A DNA stretch of 55,189 nucleotides from a virus (lineage: Duplodnaviria > Caudoviricetes), in the IMG/VR virus record IMGVR_UViG_3300036859_000189, positions 1 through 55,189 of that record. The stretch is one strand, 5' to 3'. The translations under genes were made by a program, and so were the position numbers. Numbering within the stretch: position 1 is the stretch's first letter; each line of letters opens with the position of its first letter. Positions 9,594-20,635 of the stretch are shown here, piece after piece. The notes under the pieces are model-generated. The model had not been told where the DNA came from and did no database searches. It saw only the letters and a list, made by a program, of their open reading frames with translations.

Positions 9594-9938
9594 ATGCCTA
9601 ACACCACACCAGAAGAGCACCACGGCATGATTTGCGGCTGTTCATCCTGCGTCAAGCTTAAAGGCGGCGCTAGTGATGTCGTAAAAGGCAGCCGCACCAC
9701 ACCAGACACAAATACCATTCGAGAAATCTTGCAACGCTACATCGCCGAGTACGAAGACGGTGACGTCCTTAAAGCCGGAGATGACGCCGAGGCAGCCCTG
9801 AAAGCCCGTGAGGATCGTCTTAGCCACCTAGCGCGGATTGATGAGATTGAGTTAATGCAGAAAGGCTGGCGGGGCTTTACGTCATGGTACGACCGCAATA
9901 GCGAACGCCTCGCCCATCTAAGAAAGGACAGAACATGA
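9594..9938 (+). CDS. Hypothetical protein
   Basis: Operon continuity; CGCSSC. Confidence 0.6.
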   Translation: MPNTTPEEHHGMICGCSSCVKLKGGASDVVKGSRTTPDTNTIREILQRYIAEYEDGDVLKAGDDAEAALKAREDRLSHLARIDEIELMQKGWRGFTSWYDRNSERLAHLRKDRT

Positions 9939-10264
9939 GCAGAGCAAACGCACAAGTTAAATTTCCCGACGGGACAATCAAGCACGGTATCTACAATGGC
10001 ACTATCGACGTCTATATGGCCTACTTGACCAATTCCAACGAAGAAGCCTGGAATCTGTGGGACGCGTACAAGAAAAGTGGCTATGACGACTCACTATTCG
10101 AAAAGCGGGGAGATACTGAATTTTTTGAAGTTGAGATTGCAGACGATTATGGTGGCGGTGACACCTATAGGGGTCAGGCCACGAAGTCCCAAATTGTGAG
10201 CGAGCTTGACACTGACGACATGGAAAAAATTAAAGACGGTCTACCTGAATGGTGGGTTTCATGA
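9935..10264 (+). CDS. Hypothetical protein
   Basis: AAGGA RBS, ATGA overlap. Confidence 0.7.
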   Translation: MSRANAQVKFPDGTIKHGIYNGTIDVYMAYLTNSNEEAWNLWDAYKKSGYDDSLFEKRGDTEFFEVEIADDYGGGDTYRGQATKSQIVSELDTDDMEKIKDGLPEWWVS

Positions 10265-10554
10265 CCAACACCCCAGACAGTGAGCTGCGAAAAAAAGTCC
10301 TAGGCAAGATACACTTAGCAGTAAGGACTGATTTCTATAATGCCAACCGAAAGAACATGGAGTTTTTGGCTGACGATATTGAAGCCATAGTCCAGGCTAA
10401 GGTAGTAGAGGCACTAATCCTAGAACTTGAGAAGCTTGCAAATGTCTACCACGGCCAAGAATATCTCGACAAAGCCAGAGAACAAACGTGTATCGTTATG
10501 TTCGACAATCTCAGGATGCTCAAGGCACAAACTAAATCAGGAGGGAAGACGTGA
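10261..10554 (+). CDS. Hypothetical protein
   Basis: ATGA overlap. Confidence 0.6.
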   Translation: MTNTPDSELRKKVLGKIHLAVRTDFYNANRKNMEFLADDIEAIVQAKVVEALILELEKLANVYHGQEYLDKAREQTCIVMFDNLRMLKAQTKSGGKT

Positions 10555-10904
10555 ACGTAAAACAATATCGTAAGAAACCAGTGGTTATTGAGGCAATGCA
10601 CCCGATTGGATATACAGAGTTCAAAGCTGTTGAAGAGTGGGCCGCAGAAAGTGGCGTAGTCGTGATTGCGATGCAAGAGAATACGGGACCAGCCTTTCTC
10701 CTCATTAAAACGCTTGAAGGCACAATGCGTGCTGAGGTCGGAGACTACATCATCAAAGGCGTAAAGGGCGAGTTCTACCCGTGCAAACCGGACATCTTTG
10801 AGGCCACGTACGAGCCCGTGGACGCTCCAGACACCGGAAGCACCACCAGTGATAGTGCGAACACTGGACCGCGTAAGCCGGAAGCTAGCAAGGAGACACT
10901 CTAA
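10551..10904 (+). CDS. Conserved phage protein (YRKKPVVIEA...GDYIIKG...YPCKPDIF family)
   Basis: Recognisable widespread phage family, function unknown. Confidence 0.8.
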   Translation: MNVKQYRKKPVVIEAMHPIGYTEFKAVEEWAAESGVVVIAMQENTGPAFLLIKTLEGTMRAEVGDYIIKGVKGEFYPCKPDIFEATYEPVDAPDTGSTTSDSANTGPRKPEASKETL

Positions 10905-10961
10905 TGGAAAGACGAGGTTTGAAGTAAACTAGTCAGGTACAATACTAGCTTAGGAGAGATT

Positions 10962-11159
10962 ATGAGCAAAGAAAAACGTGCCAAGCAGCTTTTGGACGAA
11001 ACCTACCCAGGGCTCACTAACGCACAGATCACCGAGATACAGAGAAGGCGTTTGGCGACTGAGATTGCACAACGTCGGATTAATAGAGCGATAGAACGCA
11101 TCGCGGAGCGTGGTTTACAAAAGATGGAAGAACTACGGCGTCGGGGCTTGGTGCAATGA
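10962..11159 (+). CDS. Small basic helical protein
   Basis: AGGAG RBS. Confidence 0.6.
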   Translation: MSKEKRAKQLLDETYPGLTNAQITEIQRRRLATEIAQRRINRAIERIAERGLQKMEELRRRGLVQ

Positions 11160-11261
11160 CCGACTGCTGCTTTAAACGCATCCCAGACAACTTCTACTGC
11201 CACCACGCGTATCAGAAGGTACCGTGTCATTTGTGCTGTTTAGACGGTGTATAATTAAGCC

Positions 11262-11399
11262 GTGATTAGATACATCAAACTGGAACTGATCAGATACGCA
11301 GCGTTTACGGTGTTAGTCTATGTCGTGTTGCGGTTGCTTGTCACGGGTTACCAATCAGATAAGTTTACAAGGATGGTTGCATGGCTGGAGACGAAATAA
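11262..11399 (+). CDS. Small membrane protein, possibly leaderless (not in ORF track)
   Basis: TATAAT (11250-11255) 6 nt before GTG; one TM helix. Confidence 0.4.
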   Translation: MIRYIKLELIRYAAFTVLVYVVLRLLVTGYQSDKFTRMVAWLETK

Positions 11400-11880
11400 G
11401 TGAGTATCCGAGAAAAGGTACGTTTGTTTGCCCAGACCTGGGATGTGTCCACGAGTACTGGGAAACGGCCCCTGACGAGTTCGAGCCTTACACGGGGCAA
11501 GATGCGGAATGATGGTCATTTGTGCTGGGAGGAGATGTGAAACTCCACAATTCCATTCATGTCTATATGGGGAGTGGCGGTGTGCCCCCCGACCCCATTC
11601 ACGGGGAGATAAAATACACCGGTTCCAGGAGCCTGTGTGACTGCGAGAAGGGAGAGGATCATGGGATCAAGTATCTGGAGTCTAAGGAAACCGCGCCGTT
11701 ATCCAAGCATGAGCTTGCTTTTTACCTGCGGATAAAGAAACCAAAGTTGAGTGCCCCCTGAACGACGCTGTACTTCCGTACGAACCACAGACCTGTCGCG
11801 AACTAGCCCAGTTCTACGGAACAGGTCTTTTTTTAGTTAGACCCTTGTTATAAAGCCCAGCCTGTTATTAAGTGAGCTAT

Positions 11881-12465
11881 ATGGCAGGAAACCAAAGACT
11901 CTCAATAGCAGAAGAAACCAAGATAGTCGCTCTCCTCGCTAGGGGAGACACCTACCAACAGATACAAGCTGCCTTCGAAGGACTTAGGAAGCTGAACGAA
12001 AAGACCATCCGCAAGGTAAAGATACGGAATAAAGAAAACTTAGACCTGATTAAAGAAAGACAACTCCAGAGGGAAGAAGCGGACGCTTTGGCCATTAAGC
12101 AGAAGGCTAATAAACTTATCTCTAGACGCTTGGATCAATCAGATCACGATGCCGAAGCTCTCGTTAAGGCAAACGAAGACTTTGCTAAGGGAACGATTAA
12201 TTACAAAGAGTGGCAAACACTTGTAGCTAAACTAAAGCCCACAAGCCTCCCAGAGCTTGTCTCAGTCTCTCGGGAGATGCATAACCAATCGAGTACCGAA
12301 ACTCCGCCACAAACCCCTCACAAGGATCTACAAGCGCTGGTAGCGGCTATCCGTTCGGGTGATGAAGTAAGATTAAGTGAAATGGTATTTAAGGGGAAAA
12401 GTGATGATCTCAGCCCGGCACCTCAGGGACTACCTCAACGAGATGCTGCGCCTAGCGTGGACTAG
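11881..12465 (+). CDS. Probable terminase small subunit
   Basis: N-terminal HTH-like region plus helical body; first gene after the late motif, upstream of terL. Confidence 0.5.
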   Translation: MAGNQRLSIAEETKIVALLARGDTYQQIQAAFEGLRKLNEKTIRKVKIRNKENLDLIKERQLQREEADALAIKQKANKLISRRLDQSDHDAEALVKANEDFAKGTINYKEWQTLVAKLKPTSLPELVSVSREMHNQSSTETPPQTPHKDLQALVAAIRSGDEVRLSEMVFKGKSDDLSPAPQGLPQRDAAPSVD

Positions 12466-12685
12466 CGGAATATCTTTCAAGCTGCATTATAAGGATCGAG
12501 TGTTCTTGCTGACCATCGAACCAACTGGCGAGACATATAAACGCAGGCCTCCGAAGCGCAAGAAGAAGGGCAAAGTATACGTCTACCTCAACGAATGCGA
12601 AGAGTGCAGGGGGATACTGGTGAGTGGGATGTGTATAGAGAAGTCATGCCCAAGTAATAATCAAGAGTCGCACAATATTACCTAA
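12404..12685 (+). CDS. Basic protein with C-terminal CxxC...CxxxxC
   Basis: KRRPPKRKKKGK, CEEC...CIEKSC. Confidence 0.5.
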   Translation: MISARHLRDYLNEMLRLAWTSGISFKLHYKDRVFLLTIEPTGETYKRRPPKRKKKGKVYVYLNECEECRGILVSGMCIEKSCPSNNQESHNIT

Positions 12686-13303
12686 GGTGTTATTTTACGA
12701 CGTCTAACCATGGGCAGCGCCATTCTACCAAGCAGCACGAGGTGAGGGAACTCGCGCAACAGACTGTGGGGCAGCAGTAAACGGGTAACGGCGAACAGAA
12801 TACGAACATTCTATGGTAAGGGTTATCATGAACTGGGGTGGATGGGAGGGGCTCTGTAGTACAGGTGCATTACGCAGGGCACACGCTACACCTTAGCTAT
12901 GCACGTCGTACATTCTACATTGTGCGACATAGTGTAACAGGGGTGAGTGTTATAAAGGACGTAATAATAGAGGTACACACACCACATCTAGTGTCGTATC
13001 GACCCCCATAGCACCCCGGTTAGAATCTGTCGGAGTCCCAGCACTCCAGGTTAACCCTTCCCCGACTCCCCCAACAAAAATTTTCCGTACAAACAAAAAA
13101 GGGCTTTCGCCCTCGGCTTCTGCAACCATCGTCCGTGCCAGTGTACTAACCTCCGACACCACCACAATTGTCTCTAATAAGATATTGTACCACGAGTTTT
13201 TGGAAAACAAGGCTCTGCGACAGCTTTCTTAACTTTCTACCTCTGTGCACGAAAATGGTCCAGACCCTTGTTGACAGTTGAGAATTGTCATTAGATAGTA
13301 GGA

Positions 13304-14833
13304 GTGGACTTTACGGATCTTGATGAAGATGATATTAAACGCCTGGCTTTGCAGCAGGTGGCGCTTCGTTGTAAGACGGATTTATTCTTTTTAGACAAAG
13401 AGATTTTGGGCTACGGGAAGATGACTCCAAAGACTCATCAGGAGTTGTGTGATTATACGACGTCTGTCTTGCCGAATCCTCCAGAGATTTCCCTGGAAGG
13501 GTACGACCCTAAAAAGAATCTTCTCCTCTTATTGATGCCCCGAGGGACGTTTAAGACTTCCGTGGTGACGATTGGTCTGACGTTACAGTTCTTTCTCCAG
13601 GAACCGGACGGACGTGTGCTCCTAGACTCGGAAACGTTTGCTAAATCGAAGGCTTTCCTTCGTGAGATTAAATGGCATTTGGAGAGCAACGAGAAATATC
13701 GGGAGGTCTTCAAAGCGATTCACGGGATGTATCCGTTTGAGACGAAGAATAAAGCGATTCTCTGGACTGACAGTGAGTTAATCCTCCCATGCAGGAAGCG
13801 AAGTAGAAAGGAACCCTCTATCTCTTGCGCGGGGATCGACGTTACGAAAAACGGTATGCATTATGATTTGATTATCGCGGACGATCTTCACTCGGAGCGG
13901 AACGTTACGAATAAGGAACAGATTGAGCAGGTGATCGACCATTATAAGCTGGCGTTCTCTCTGTTGGACCCGGGGAAACCTTTTATTATCATCGGGACGC
14001 GGTGGGATTACTCTGATTTATATCAACATATTCTCGACTTCGAGGCCGATGACTTCAATATTCTCAAAAAGAGCGCGTATAACGATGACGGGTCTTTGTT
14101 TTTCCCCGAGGTTTTGAACGAAATGGAGCTGGACAAGATTCGAAGGCGGCAGGGGACGTCCATCTTTTCTAAACAGTATTTAAATGAACCTGTCTCGGAT
14201 GAGAACGCGACCTTTAAACGGGATAAAATCGTTCGCAAACCCTGGGATGAGGTGAAGAATCGGCCGGTGAATTGGTATTTATCCGTCGATCCCTCCTACG
14301 AAGGGACGTATTCGGACTTCGCGGCCTTAGTGATCGCGGGGATGGACTACCAGAGAGACTTATATGTGAAGCATGTTGTCCGGAAGAAGTTAACGTATGG
14401 AGAAATCATCCAGGAAATCTTCAAACTCTATACAGAATCCGACGTTCGCATCCAAAAGATCCTTATTGAAACGGTCGCGACCCAAAAGAGTATCGGGATT
14501 GAACTCGCGAACGAACAAAAACGAAGAAACACCTGGCTGCCTATTCAAGAGATCCGTTCGAGACAGCAATCTAAAGAGGAACGCATCCGGGGGCTGGCCC
14601 CTTTCTACGAATTTAACCATATTTTCCATGTTAAAGAATGCCCCCAGATCGAGGAACTCGAATACGAGCTTCTTCATTTCCCAACCGGGAGACATGATGA
14701 CGTGGTGGACGCGTTAGCCAACATCTTAGAGGTGGCCTCGCCGCCGATGAACCGACAAACGCCGTATGATCGCGAGAGAAAGCGCAACAACCCCCTTGCT
14801 TGGAAGCCCAAGAGCGCAATCACGGGATACTAG
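13304..14833 (+). CDS. terL: Terminase large subunit
   Basis: PRGTFKT Walker A, IIADD Walker B, GTRW, SVDP, HDDVVDAL nuclease motifs. Confidence 0.93.
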   Translation: MDFTDLDEDDIKRLALQQVALRCKTDLFFLDKEILGYGKMTPKTHQELCDYTTSVLPNPPEISLEGYDPKKNLLLLLMPRGTFKTSVVTIGLTLQFFLQEPDGRVLLDSETFAKSKAFLREIKWHLESNEKYREVFKAIHGMYPFETKNKAILWTDSELILPCRKRSRKEPSISCAGIDVTKNGMHYDLIIADDLHSERNVTNKEQIEQVIDHYKLAFSLLDPGKPFIIIGTRWDYSDLYQHILDFEADDFNILKKSAYNDDGSLFFPEVLNEMELDKIRRRQGTSIFSKQYLNEPVSDENATFKRDKIVRKPWDEVKNRPVNWYLSVDPSYEGTYSDFAALVIAGMDYQRDLYVKHVVRKKLTYGEIIQEIFKLYTESDVRIQKILIETVATQKSIGIELANEQKRRNTWLPIQEIRSRQQSKEERIRGLAPFYEFNHIFHVKECPQIEELEYELLHFPTGRHDDVVDALANILEVASPPMNRQTPYDRERKRNNPLAWKPKSAITGY

Positions 14834-14878
14834 TCCAGACCCTTGTGAGCGTGACGAGATTGCTTTGTAGTTAGAATT

Positions 14879-17092
14879 ATGGCGACAAAAGATGACGACC
14901 TTGAGCAGCAGCTCAAAGATTTGACCGACCAGGAACTAGAATTAAAGACAATCGGCCAGAAAAACGGCTGGAAACCTAAGAACAAAATGGAGCGCGGCGT
15001 TCGCCGGCAGGTATACGAACGCTTTTATGAACTCAGGGACGCGCCCTCCCGACTAGAAGCCGAGGCTGACTGGGCCATCGCCGATAAAGAATTCCGCATG
15101 TTCATCCCTCCAGATGGGAGCGTTGACTTTGACCGCCGAACCGTCGCAGACGTTGACGACTGGCGATCTAAACTCCAGCTACCCGATGCATTCTCCGCGA
15201 TTCAAACCCAAATGCAGGAGACGATCGAGCGAAAATCCCGTCCGGTCTTGAACCCGACCGAAGAATCCGATGAGCCGATAACTGAGTTTGGCAATGCTGT
15301 ACTGACGTACAACATGAACAACACGAATTATGATTACGAGTGGTTCTTAGCAAAACTCGCGGCGGCGAGCCGGGGAACGGCTTTTGTAAAAGATTACTGG
15401 CGGTTGGATAAACGGATCGTAAAAGACCCTTATGATGTCGACGAAGACGGGGAACTGAAATATCGCGACAAAGAGATTATCGACATCGACGACGACTACA
15501 CCGAGTGGCTCCCAAATGAATATTTATATATAGACGAAAAAGCCCTTCATATTAATAACGCGATTGACTCGGTTGAACGCGAGATTCTGAACGTCAACGA
15601 ATTCAAACGAGTATACGGGCGTAAGCCGGGGTTCGTTAATACCGATTTCGTCCAACCTGGCGGGGATACGACAACCCGGTCTTTCTTCCAAATGCCGAAA
15701 GACATCAATGAAAACGATGTTGAGGTACTACATTACTACAATAAGGCCATAGACGCCTATTGGGTAGTAGCCAATAATATCTGTATCCACTATGGGCCGA
15801 TCCCTTATAAACACAAAGAGCTACCCTACGCCGTCCTCTACGAATACCGTGTCCCTGGCCTGTTCTGGGGTCTGGGGATACCCAAAGTAATTCATTTCCT
15901 ATCCGAAGAGCGGGCTACGATCCGACGGATGAACATGGATCGCCAGAAGATGAACATTCATAAGATGTTCCTCCACAACTCAGCATTTGGGCTCGACGAT
16001 GAGGATGTAGTAATCCGTCCGATGGGGATTATCTCTGTCGACACCAACGGTCAGAGTATTGATAACGCGATTAAACCCCTTGAATTCGGCGATGTCCCGG
16101 CTTCGTACTTTAAGACTGAGGAGATTCTCCAAGAGGATATGCGCCGGGGTCATGGTATTGACGACCGGATTGTCGTTTCTAATCAGGGGACGACTGCGAC
16201 CCAGGCAGCGATTGTTAAGGAGTCTTCCCTGAAACGATTGAACATGATCTCAATTCAAGCCGAGATGGACACGGTTATCCGTGTGGGACGGTTGAAATGG
16301 TCTAACATCCAATTCTTTTATCCCGTCCCTCGCATGGAGAAAATCTATGACGGCGATAAAGAGAGCGAAGAAAAGACTTATCGCAAGATTTCGGTTGAGG
16401 GTAAGAAGTTCGAGCTGGTTAAAAACTCAGACGATGCTAAACCTGAATTGAGGATGAATGATGTCCGTGGCGCGACAGCTCTTCGTTTAGACAAGAAGAT
16501 GGCGAAATACCTTCAGGGGTCGTTTGACATCTCAGTCGATTCATCGGTTTACACGCCAGTCTCTAAAGCTTTGCAGCAATCCAAGGTTACAGAGGTGTTT
16601 AGCCTGGTTTTGTCGAATCCTGCTACTCTATCCGTTCTCGATCCTGAGAAGGCTGTTGCTCGACTGCTTACTGTGAACGAAGAGAAGCCTGACAACTGGA
16701 TGAAGCTTAAAGACGGAAAGACGACTGCCGACTGGCAGAAACTAGCCGATGCCGAGAATATGATCATGGCAGCTGGCCAACCTCTGGCCCCCACGGAGGA
16801 CGCAACCGAAGAGCATACGATGGAGCACCTGAACTATACGAAGACGGTTGAGTTCGCCGGACTCCCAGAAGAGGTTCAACAGATAATCATGGATCACATC
16901 CTCGGAGAGCACGACGCCAACCCAGCGACGGGGATGTCTTCCGATCTTCTCGCTGCGAACGGTCTCTCTCCAGGCGGGCAAGTCCCTGCAGGCATGGCAA
17001 CTCCGGAACCGATGGGGCTGTCCGCTGAGACCAGTGAACCCCAGAACCAAGTAGCCGATCTCCAGCCAACTAACTTCGCAGTGCCTGAATAG
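14879..17092 (+). CDS. Portal protein (P22-like)
   Basis: 737 aa directly after terL; FWGLGI and GTTATQAAI motifs. Confidence 0.85.
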   Translation: MATKDDDLEQQLKDLTDQELELKTIGQKNGWKPKNKMERGVRRQVYERFYELRDAPSRLEAEADWAIADKEFRMFIPPDGSVDFDRRTVADVDDWRSKLQLPDAFSAIQTQMQETIERKSRPVLNPTEESDEPITEFGNAVLTYNMNNTNYDYEWFLAKLAAASRGTAFVKDYWRLDKRIVKDPYDVDEDGELKYRDKEIIDIDDDYTEWLPNEYLYIDEKALHINNAIDSVEREILNVNEFKRVYGRKPGFVNTDFVQPGGDTTTRSFFQMPKDINENDVEVLHYYNKAIDAYWVVANNICIHYGPIPYKHKELPYAVLYEYRVPGLFWGLGIPKVIHFLSEERATIRRMNMDRQKMNIHKMFLHNSAFGLDDEDVVIRPMGIISVDTNGQSIDNAIKPLEFGDVPASYFKTEEILQEDMRRGHGIDDRIVVSNQGTTATQAAIVKESSLKRLNMISIQAEMDTVIRVGRLKWSNIQFFYPVPRMEKIYDGDKESEEKTYRKISVEGKKFELVKNSDDAKPELRMNDVRGATALRLDKKMAKYLQGSFDISVDSSVYTPVSKALQQSKVTEVFSLVLSNPATLSVLDPEKAVARLLTVNEEKPDNWMKLKDGKTTADWQKLADAENMIMAAGQPLAPTEDATEEHTMEHLNYTKTVEFAGLPEEVQQIIMDHILGEHDANPATGMSSDLLAANGLSPGGQVPAGMATPEPMGLSAETSEPQNQVADLQPTNFAVPE

Positions 17093-17138
17093 TGCCAGAC
17101 CCTTGCACGTCTAATTAAGGCTACCTACAGTTTGTAAT

Positions 17139-17390
17139 ATGAGTACAGTTATTGACTCGCTATCCGCGACCGACAAGAAACTCCTCATCGCTCTTTACGA
17201 AACCCAGCACTACCAGGCTCTTAAGCATCTGATTGAAGCAACGCGTTTGAATATCGCGACTCAAGCGCTGGACGCGAAAGACTTTGCCGAATTGAAGTCA
17301 TTGCAAGGTCAGGCATATGCACTGAAAGCGTTGCACGGCAAATTGAAAGATTTACATAACGAGAGCGAGAGGAACAAACCTAAAAGTTGA
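17139..17390 (+). CDS. Small head-module protein
   Basis: Between portal and scaffold; LQGQAYAL helix. Confidence 0.65.
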   Translation: MSTVIDSLSATDKKLLIALYETQHYQALKHLIEATRLNIATQALDAKDFAELKSLQGQAYALKALHGKLKDLHNESERNKPKS

Positions 17391-17469
17391 TACTTGCTCA
17401 GGCGGTGCCCACCCCCTCCTGAGCGGCTACCAGCCTTTAGCTGGCCAAGAACAAATCTAGGAGTTAAAC

Positions 17470-18258
17470 ATGGCAACAAATGCCGACGACGTCCAAGAGG
17501 ACACCCAAGTAACTGAAGCCGATTTAGCGGCCCTCAAAACTAAATCCGAAGAGGTAGATGAGGAAACTCAAGACGAATCCGAGGAAACTAGCGAAGAGGA
17601 AACTCAAGAAGACGCAGAAGCTACAGGCGAGGAAGACGAGCAAACCGACGACCAGACCGCTGAGGAGGAGCAATCCGAATCAACTTTTACAAAACCCGAC
17701 AAGTTCAAATGGGTAAAAGGCGACACTCCCCAAGAATTTGCTGACAACCTGATGGCGGCCTACGAGAACTCGACATCCGAAGCCCTCAAGTGGAAGAAGA
17801 TAGCACAGGACTCAAAGACGTCAGAAGAGAGCACGAATAAACCTGTTGATCCAGCTCTGGCTTACGCCAGGCAGTTGATGCAAACCAGTATCGACACTGA
17901 CATCCAAGACTTCTCGAAAGAGTACTCCCAGATGCAGGACGAAACTCAGGTTGCAAAGATACAGGGATACGTTGGTGTAGTCAGTGAAGCAATTCAAAGA
18001 GCTGAAGATGGCCGCATTCCTTCTATGAAGGAGTGTCTGGAAAAGTCAGCAGTTATTCTAGGATGGCAGAAAACCGACAAGCAAGAGCAGGTCGGTGCTG
18101 CTGTGAAGAACGGCGCGGCTACTACTAAAACCAACTCAGCTACGAAGCAAACCCCGCAGAGTAAAGTGTCTGACAAACAGGTACTTGTTGCTCGCAAAAC
18201 CTGGGGTGCTAACAAGAGTGATGCCGAGATACGCAAAGAACTTGAAATATATGTATAG
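17470..18258 (+). CDS. Probable scaffolding protein
   Basis: Very acidic N-terminus, helical, upstream of capsid genes. Confidence 0.7.
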   Translation: MATNADDVQEDTQVTEADLAALKTKSEEVDEETQDESEETSEEETQEDAEATGEEDEQTDDQTAEEEQSESTFTKPDKFKWVKGDTPQEFADNLMAAYENSTSEALKWKKIAQDSKTSEESTNKPVDPALAYARQLMQTSIDTDIQDFSKEYSQMQDETQVAKIQGYVGVVSEAIQRAEDGRIPSMKECLEKSAVILGWQKTDKQEQVGAAVKNGAATTKTNSATKQTPQSKVSDKQVLVARKTWGANKSDAEIRKELEIYV

Positions 18259-18301
18259 CATCACATAGAGATGCTCTGCTGATAAATTTAGGAGTTTTAC
18301 T

Positions 18302-18784
18302 ATGGCACTCGATCAAGGCCGAGTCATGCTTGGGCGTGCCGATGGCAAGGTGAACTTCGCTACCTATTCCTTCCCAGTTGCTAACGGTGTAACCGTTACA
18401 GCTGGCGACTTTGTGTATTTTGCATCAGGACGCATTACTAGTGCTTCGATTGGTGGAGCACGCTGCGTAGGAATGGTGACTGAAACAGCTACTGGTAATT
18501 CCGGTGGTACTGTCAAGGCGATAGTTTGCGTTGATCCATTGATGCGCTACTTACTTAAAAACGATAACGATTCCACGACGTTTGCTGCGTCTCATGTGGG
18601 CACTAACTTCGATTTGATCGGAGCCACCGGAGCACAGCTGGTCGACACGTCTACTACCGGAACCACAGGCCAGCTACTTTGCCTGGAATATAACCCCCAG
18701 ATTGACCCAGTTAAGTCAGATACGACTTATGGTGTTTTTATTCTGGCAGAGCACATATTCTACACCGGCACTGGCGCTCAATAG
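18302..18784 (+). CDS. Probable capsid decoration/cement protein
   Basis: Gly/Thr-rich beta protein directly before the MCP. Confidence 0.6.
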   Translation: MALDQGRVMLGRADGKVNFATYSFPVANGVTVTAGDFVYFASGRITSASIGGARCVGMVTETATGNSGGTVKAIVCVDPLMRYLLKNDNDSTTFAASHVGTNFDLIGATGAQLVDTSTTGTTGQLLCLEYNPQIDPVKSDTTYGVFILAEHIFYTGTGAQ

Positions 18785-18804
18785 TCTTTGAAAGGATAAA
18801 TTAA

Positions 18805-19740
18805 ATGGCAAGTTTAAGACCCTCATGGCCGGATCTGCTTGATCCAAATTTCCGTAAGATTTATGGTGATGAACTCAAGCTGATCCCTCAGACAGGTCCA
18901 TCCATATTCCACATGCTGACCTCGACGAAGAACCTTGAGAAAGATAGCTCCGCTTCCGGTCTGTCTAAACTCGTACGGCGTTCTGAGAACCAGTCGCTAA
19001 CCTATGAAGATGAAGTTCAGGGTTTCGACGTGACTTATACCCACGTCGAAGATGCCCTGGGTACATCAGTAAGTAAACGACTCTGGGAAGACGACCAGTT
19101 CAACGTCATCATGCGCAAACCGAAAAATCTGGCGAATGCCAAGATTCGTACCCAAGAAGAGATGATGGCTCACATCTTTAACTACGGCTTTACCGCCGGC
19201 GGTGGTGGAGTGTCCACGTTTACTTCAGGCGATGCGCTGGCATTGTTCGCTAGCAACCACACCCGCGAAGACGGTGGGGCAACCCAATCCAACTACGCGA
19301 CGACTGACCTCAATGAAGCGTCACTCGAAACTGGCATGTTGGCAATGCGCTCGACGCTCGACCACAAAGGCCAGCTCTATCTAAGCCGGGCAGATACGCT
19401 TATCGTAGCCCCCGCGCTTGAGAAAGAAGCTCGCATTCTGTTGAACAGCACCCAACGTGTAGGAACCGCTAACAACGACATCAACCCATACCAGGGTGCG
19501 TTGAAGCTGGTTGTTTGGGACTGGCTCGGCTCGGCCTCGACCGGCGGTAGCGATACTGCTTGGTTCCTGATCGACTCAAGTCTGCATCAGTTGAACTTCT
19601 TCAATCGCTCCGATCGCGGTATGGAAGGCCCAGACTGGGACTTCGACACCTCCGCCGCAAAGTGGAAAGTCGAAGTTGTGCACAGTGTCGGCTTCTCCTC
19701 TTGGAGAGGGACCTACGGCTCCAAAGGCGACAACAGCTAG
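18805..19740 (+). CDS. Major capsid protein (HK97 fold, Mu gpT-like)
   Basis: 311 aa; GDALALFASNH, DTLIVAPALE, AWFLID motifs. Confidence 0.85.
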   Translation: MASLRPSWPDLLDPNFRKIYGDELKLIPQTGPSIFHMLTSTKNLEKDSSASGLSKLVRRSENQSLTYEDEVQGFDVTYTHVEDALGTSVSKRLWEDDQFNVIMRKPKNLANAKIRTQEEMMAHIFNYGFTAGGGGVSTFTSGDALALFASNHTREDGGATQSNYATTDLNEASLETGMLAMRSTLDHKGQLYLSRADTLIVAPALEKEARILLNSTQRVGTANNDINPYQGALKLVVWDWLGSASTGGSDTAWFLIDSSLHQLNFFNRSDRGMEGPDWDFDTSAAKWKVEVVHSVGFSSWRGTYGSKGDNS

Positions 19741-19756
19741 TAACTAAGAACCTGAT

Positions 19757-19774
19757 GGGGAGCTTCGGCTCCCC
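19757..19774 (+). promoter_or_regulatory. cUUCGg hairpin after the MCP (mRNA stabiliser or weak terminator)
   Basis: ggggagc-ttcg-gctcccc, no U tract. Confidence 0.55.
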
Positions 19775-19792
19775 GGGGGATTAAGGAATATC

Positions 19793-20626
19793 ATGGCAAT
19801 AAAACACGCGACGTGGCCTTGGGCCTCGCGGCACTCCACCGGCACGCTGCACTATAAGCAACTGTATAGCAATACATTCGGCTATACAGAGACACAGAAG
19901 GTAGTGGCGGCTGGAGCGACAGCTTCAGTTATCGCAGCTACCACCGGTTCGCTGACTGCGGATACAACGGTGGTTGATGGCATCACCCAACCTGATGTAC
20001 CACGAGTCCTAAAATTGACGATTACAACAGCTACTACGTCACCAGGTACGGTAGTCGTTACCGGAACAAATGTTGAAGGTAAAGTCATTACTGAGGGTTT
20101 CGTTGTTGCTCAGGGAACCACCGGTGACGTCAACGGTACTAAGGCGTTCTTCAGTGTTACCAGTTTGTTCATACCAAAGAATATGGGTACAACTACCACT
20201 TATTCTGTTGGTACTTTGAACGTACTTGGTATCAACCATCGGCTGTTCAAGCAGAATACTACTGTCAAGGTATACTCTGCATCGACTGTCTATGGAGCAT
20301 TGACGCTTCAGGCGCAACCGACAGTTTCAGCCAATGGCGGGACAGTTGAGTTGAATACGGTCACACCGGCTATTACACCGGACGGTACAAAGTTCCTTAT
20401 TATCGCCTATGCCTATGACAACTGGTCTGACGGCACGAGTGTTAACGATGAGCCGGAGTACTCCACCACGACTTCGACAAGTTCTACATCAACGTCTACT
20501 TCGACCACGACGATTACAACGTCGACATCGAGTACCTCGATTTCTACGTCCAGCACGTCAATCTCGACATCTAGCACTTCCACCTCGACCAGCTCTACAT
20601 CAACCTCAACAACGACAGCGCCGTAG
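19793..20626 (+). CDS. Virion protein with C-terminal ~52-aa Ser/Thr tract
   Basis: Follows the MCP; S/T tract at 20462-20617. Confidence 0.75.
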   Translation: MAIKHATWPWASRHSTGTLHYKQLYSNTFGYTETQKVVAAGATASVIAATTGSLTADTTVVDGITQPDVPRVLKLTITTATTSPGTVVVTGTNVEGKVITEGFVVAQGTTGDVNGTKAFFSVTSLFIPKNMGTTTTYSVGTLNVLGINHRLFKQNTTVKVYSASTVYGALTLQAQPTVSANGGTVELNTVTPAITPDGTKFLIIAYAYDNWSDGTSVNDEPEYSTTTSTSSTSTSTSTTTITTSTSSTSISTSSTSISTSSTSTSTSSTSTSTTTAP

Positions 20627-20635
20627 GAGGTTTGC

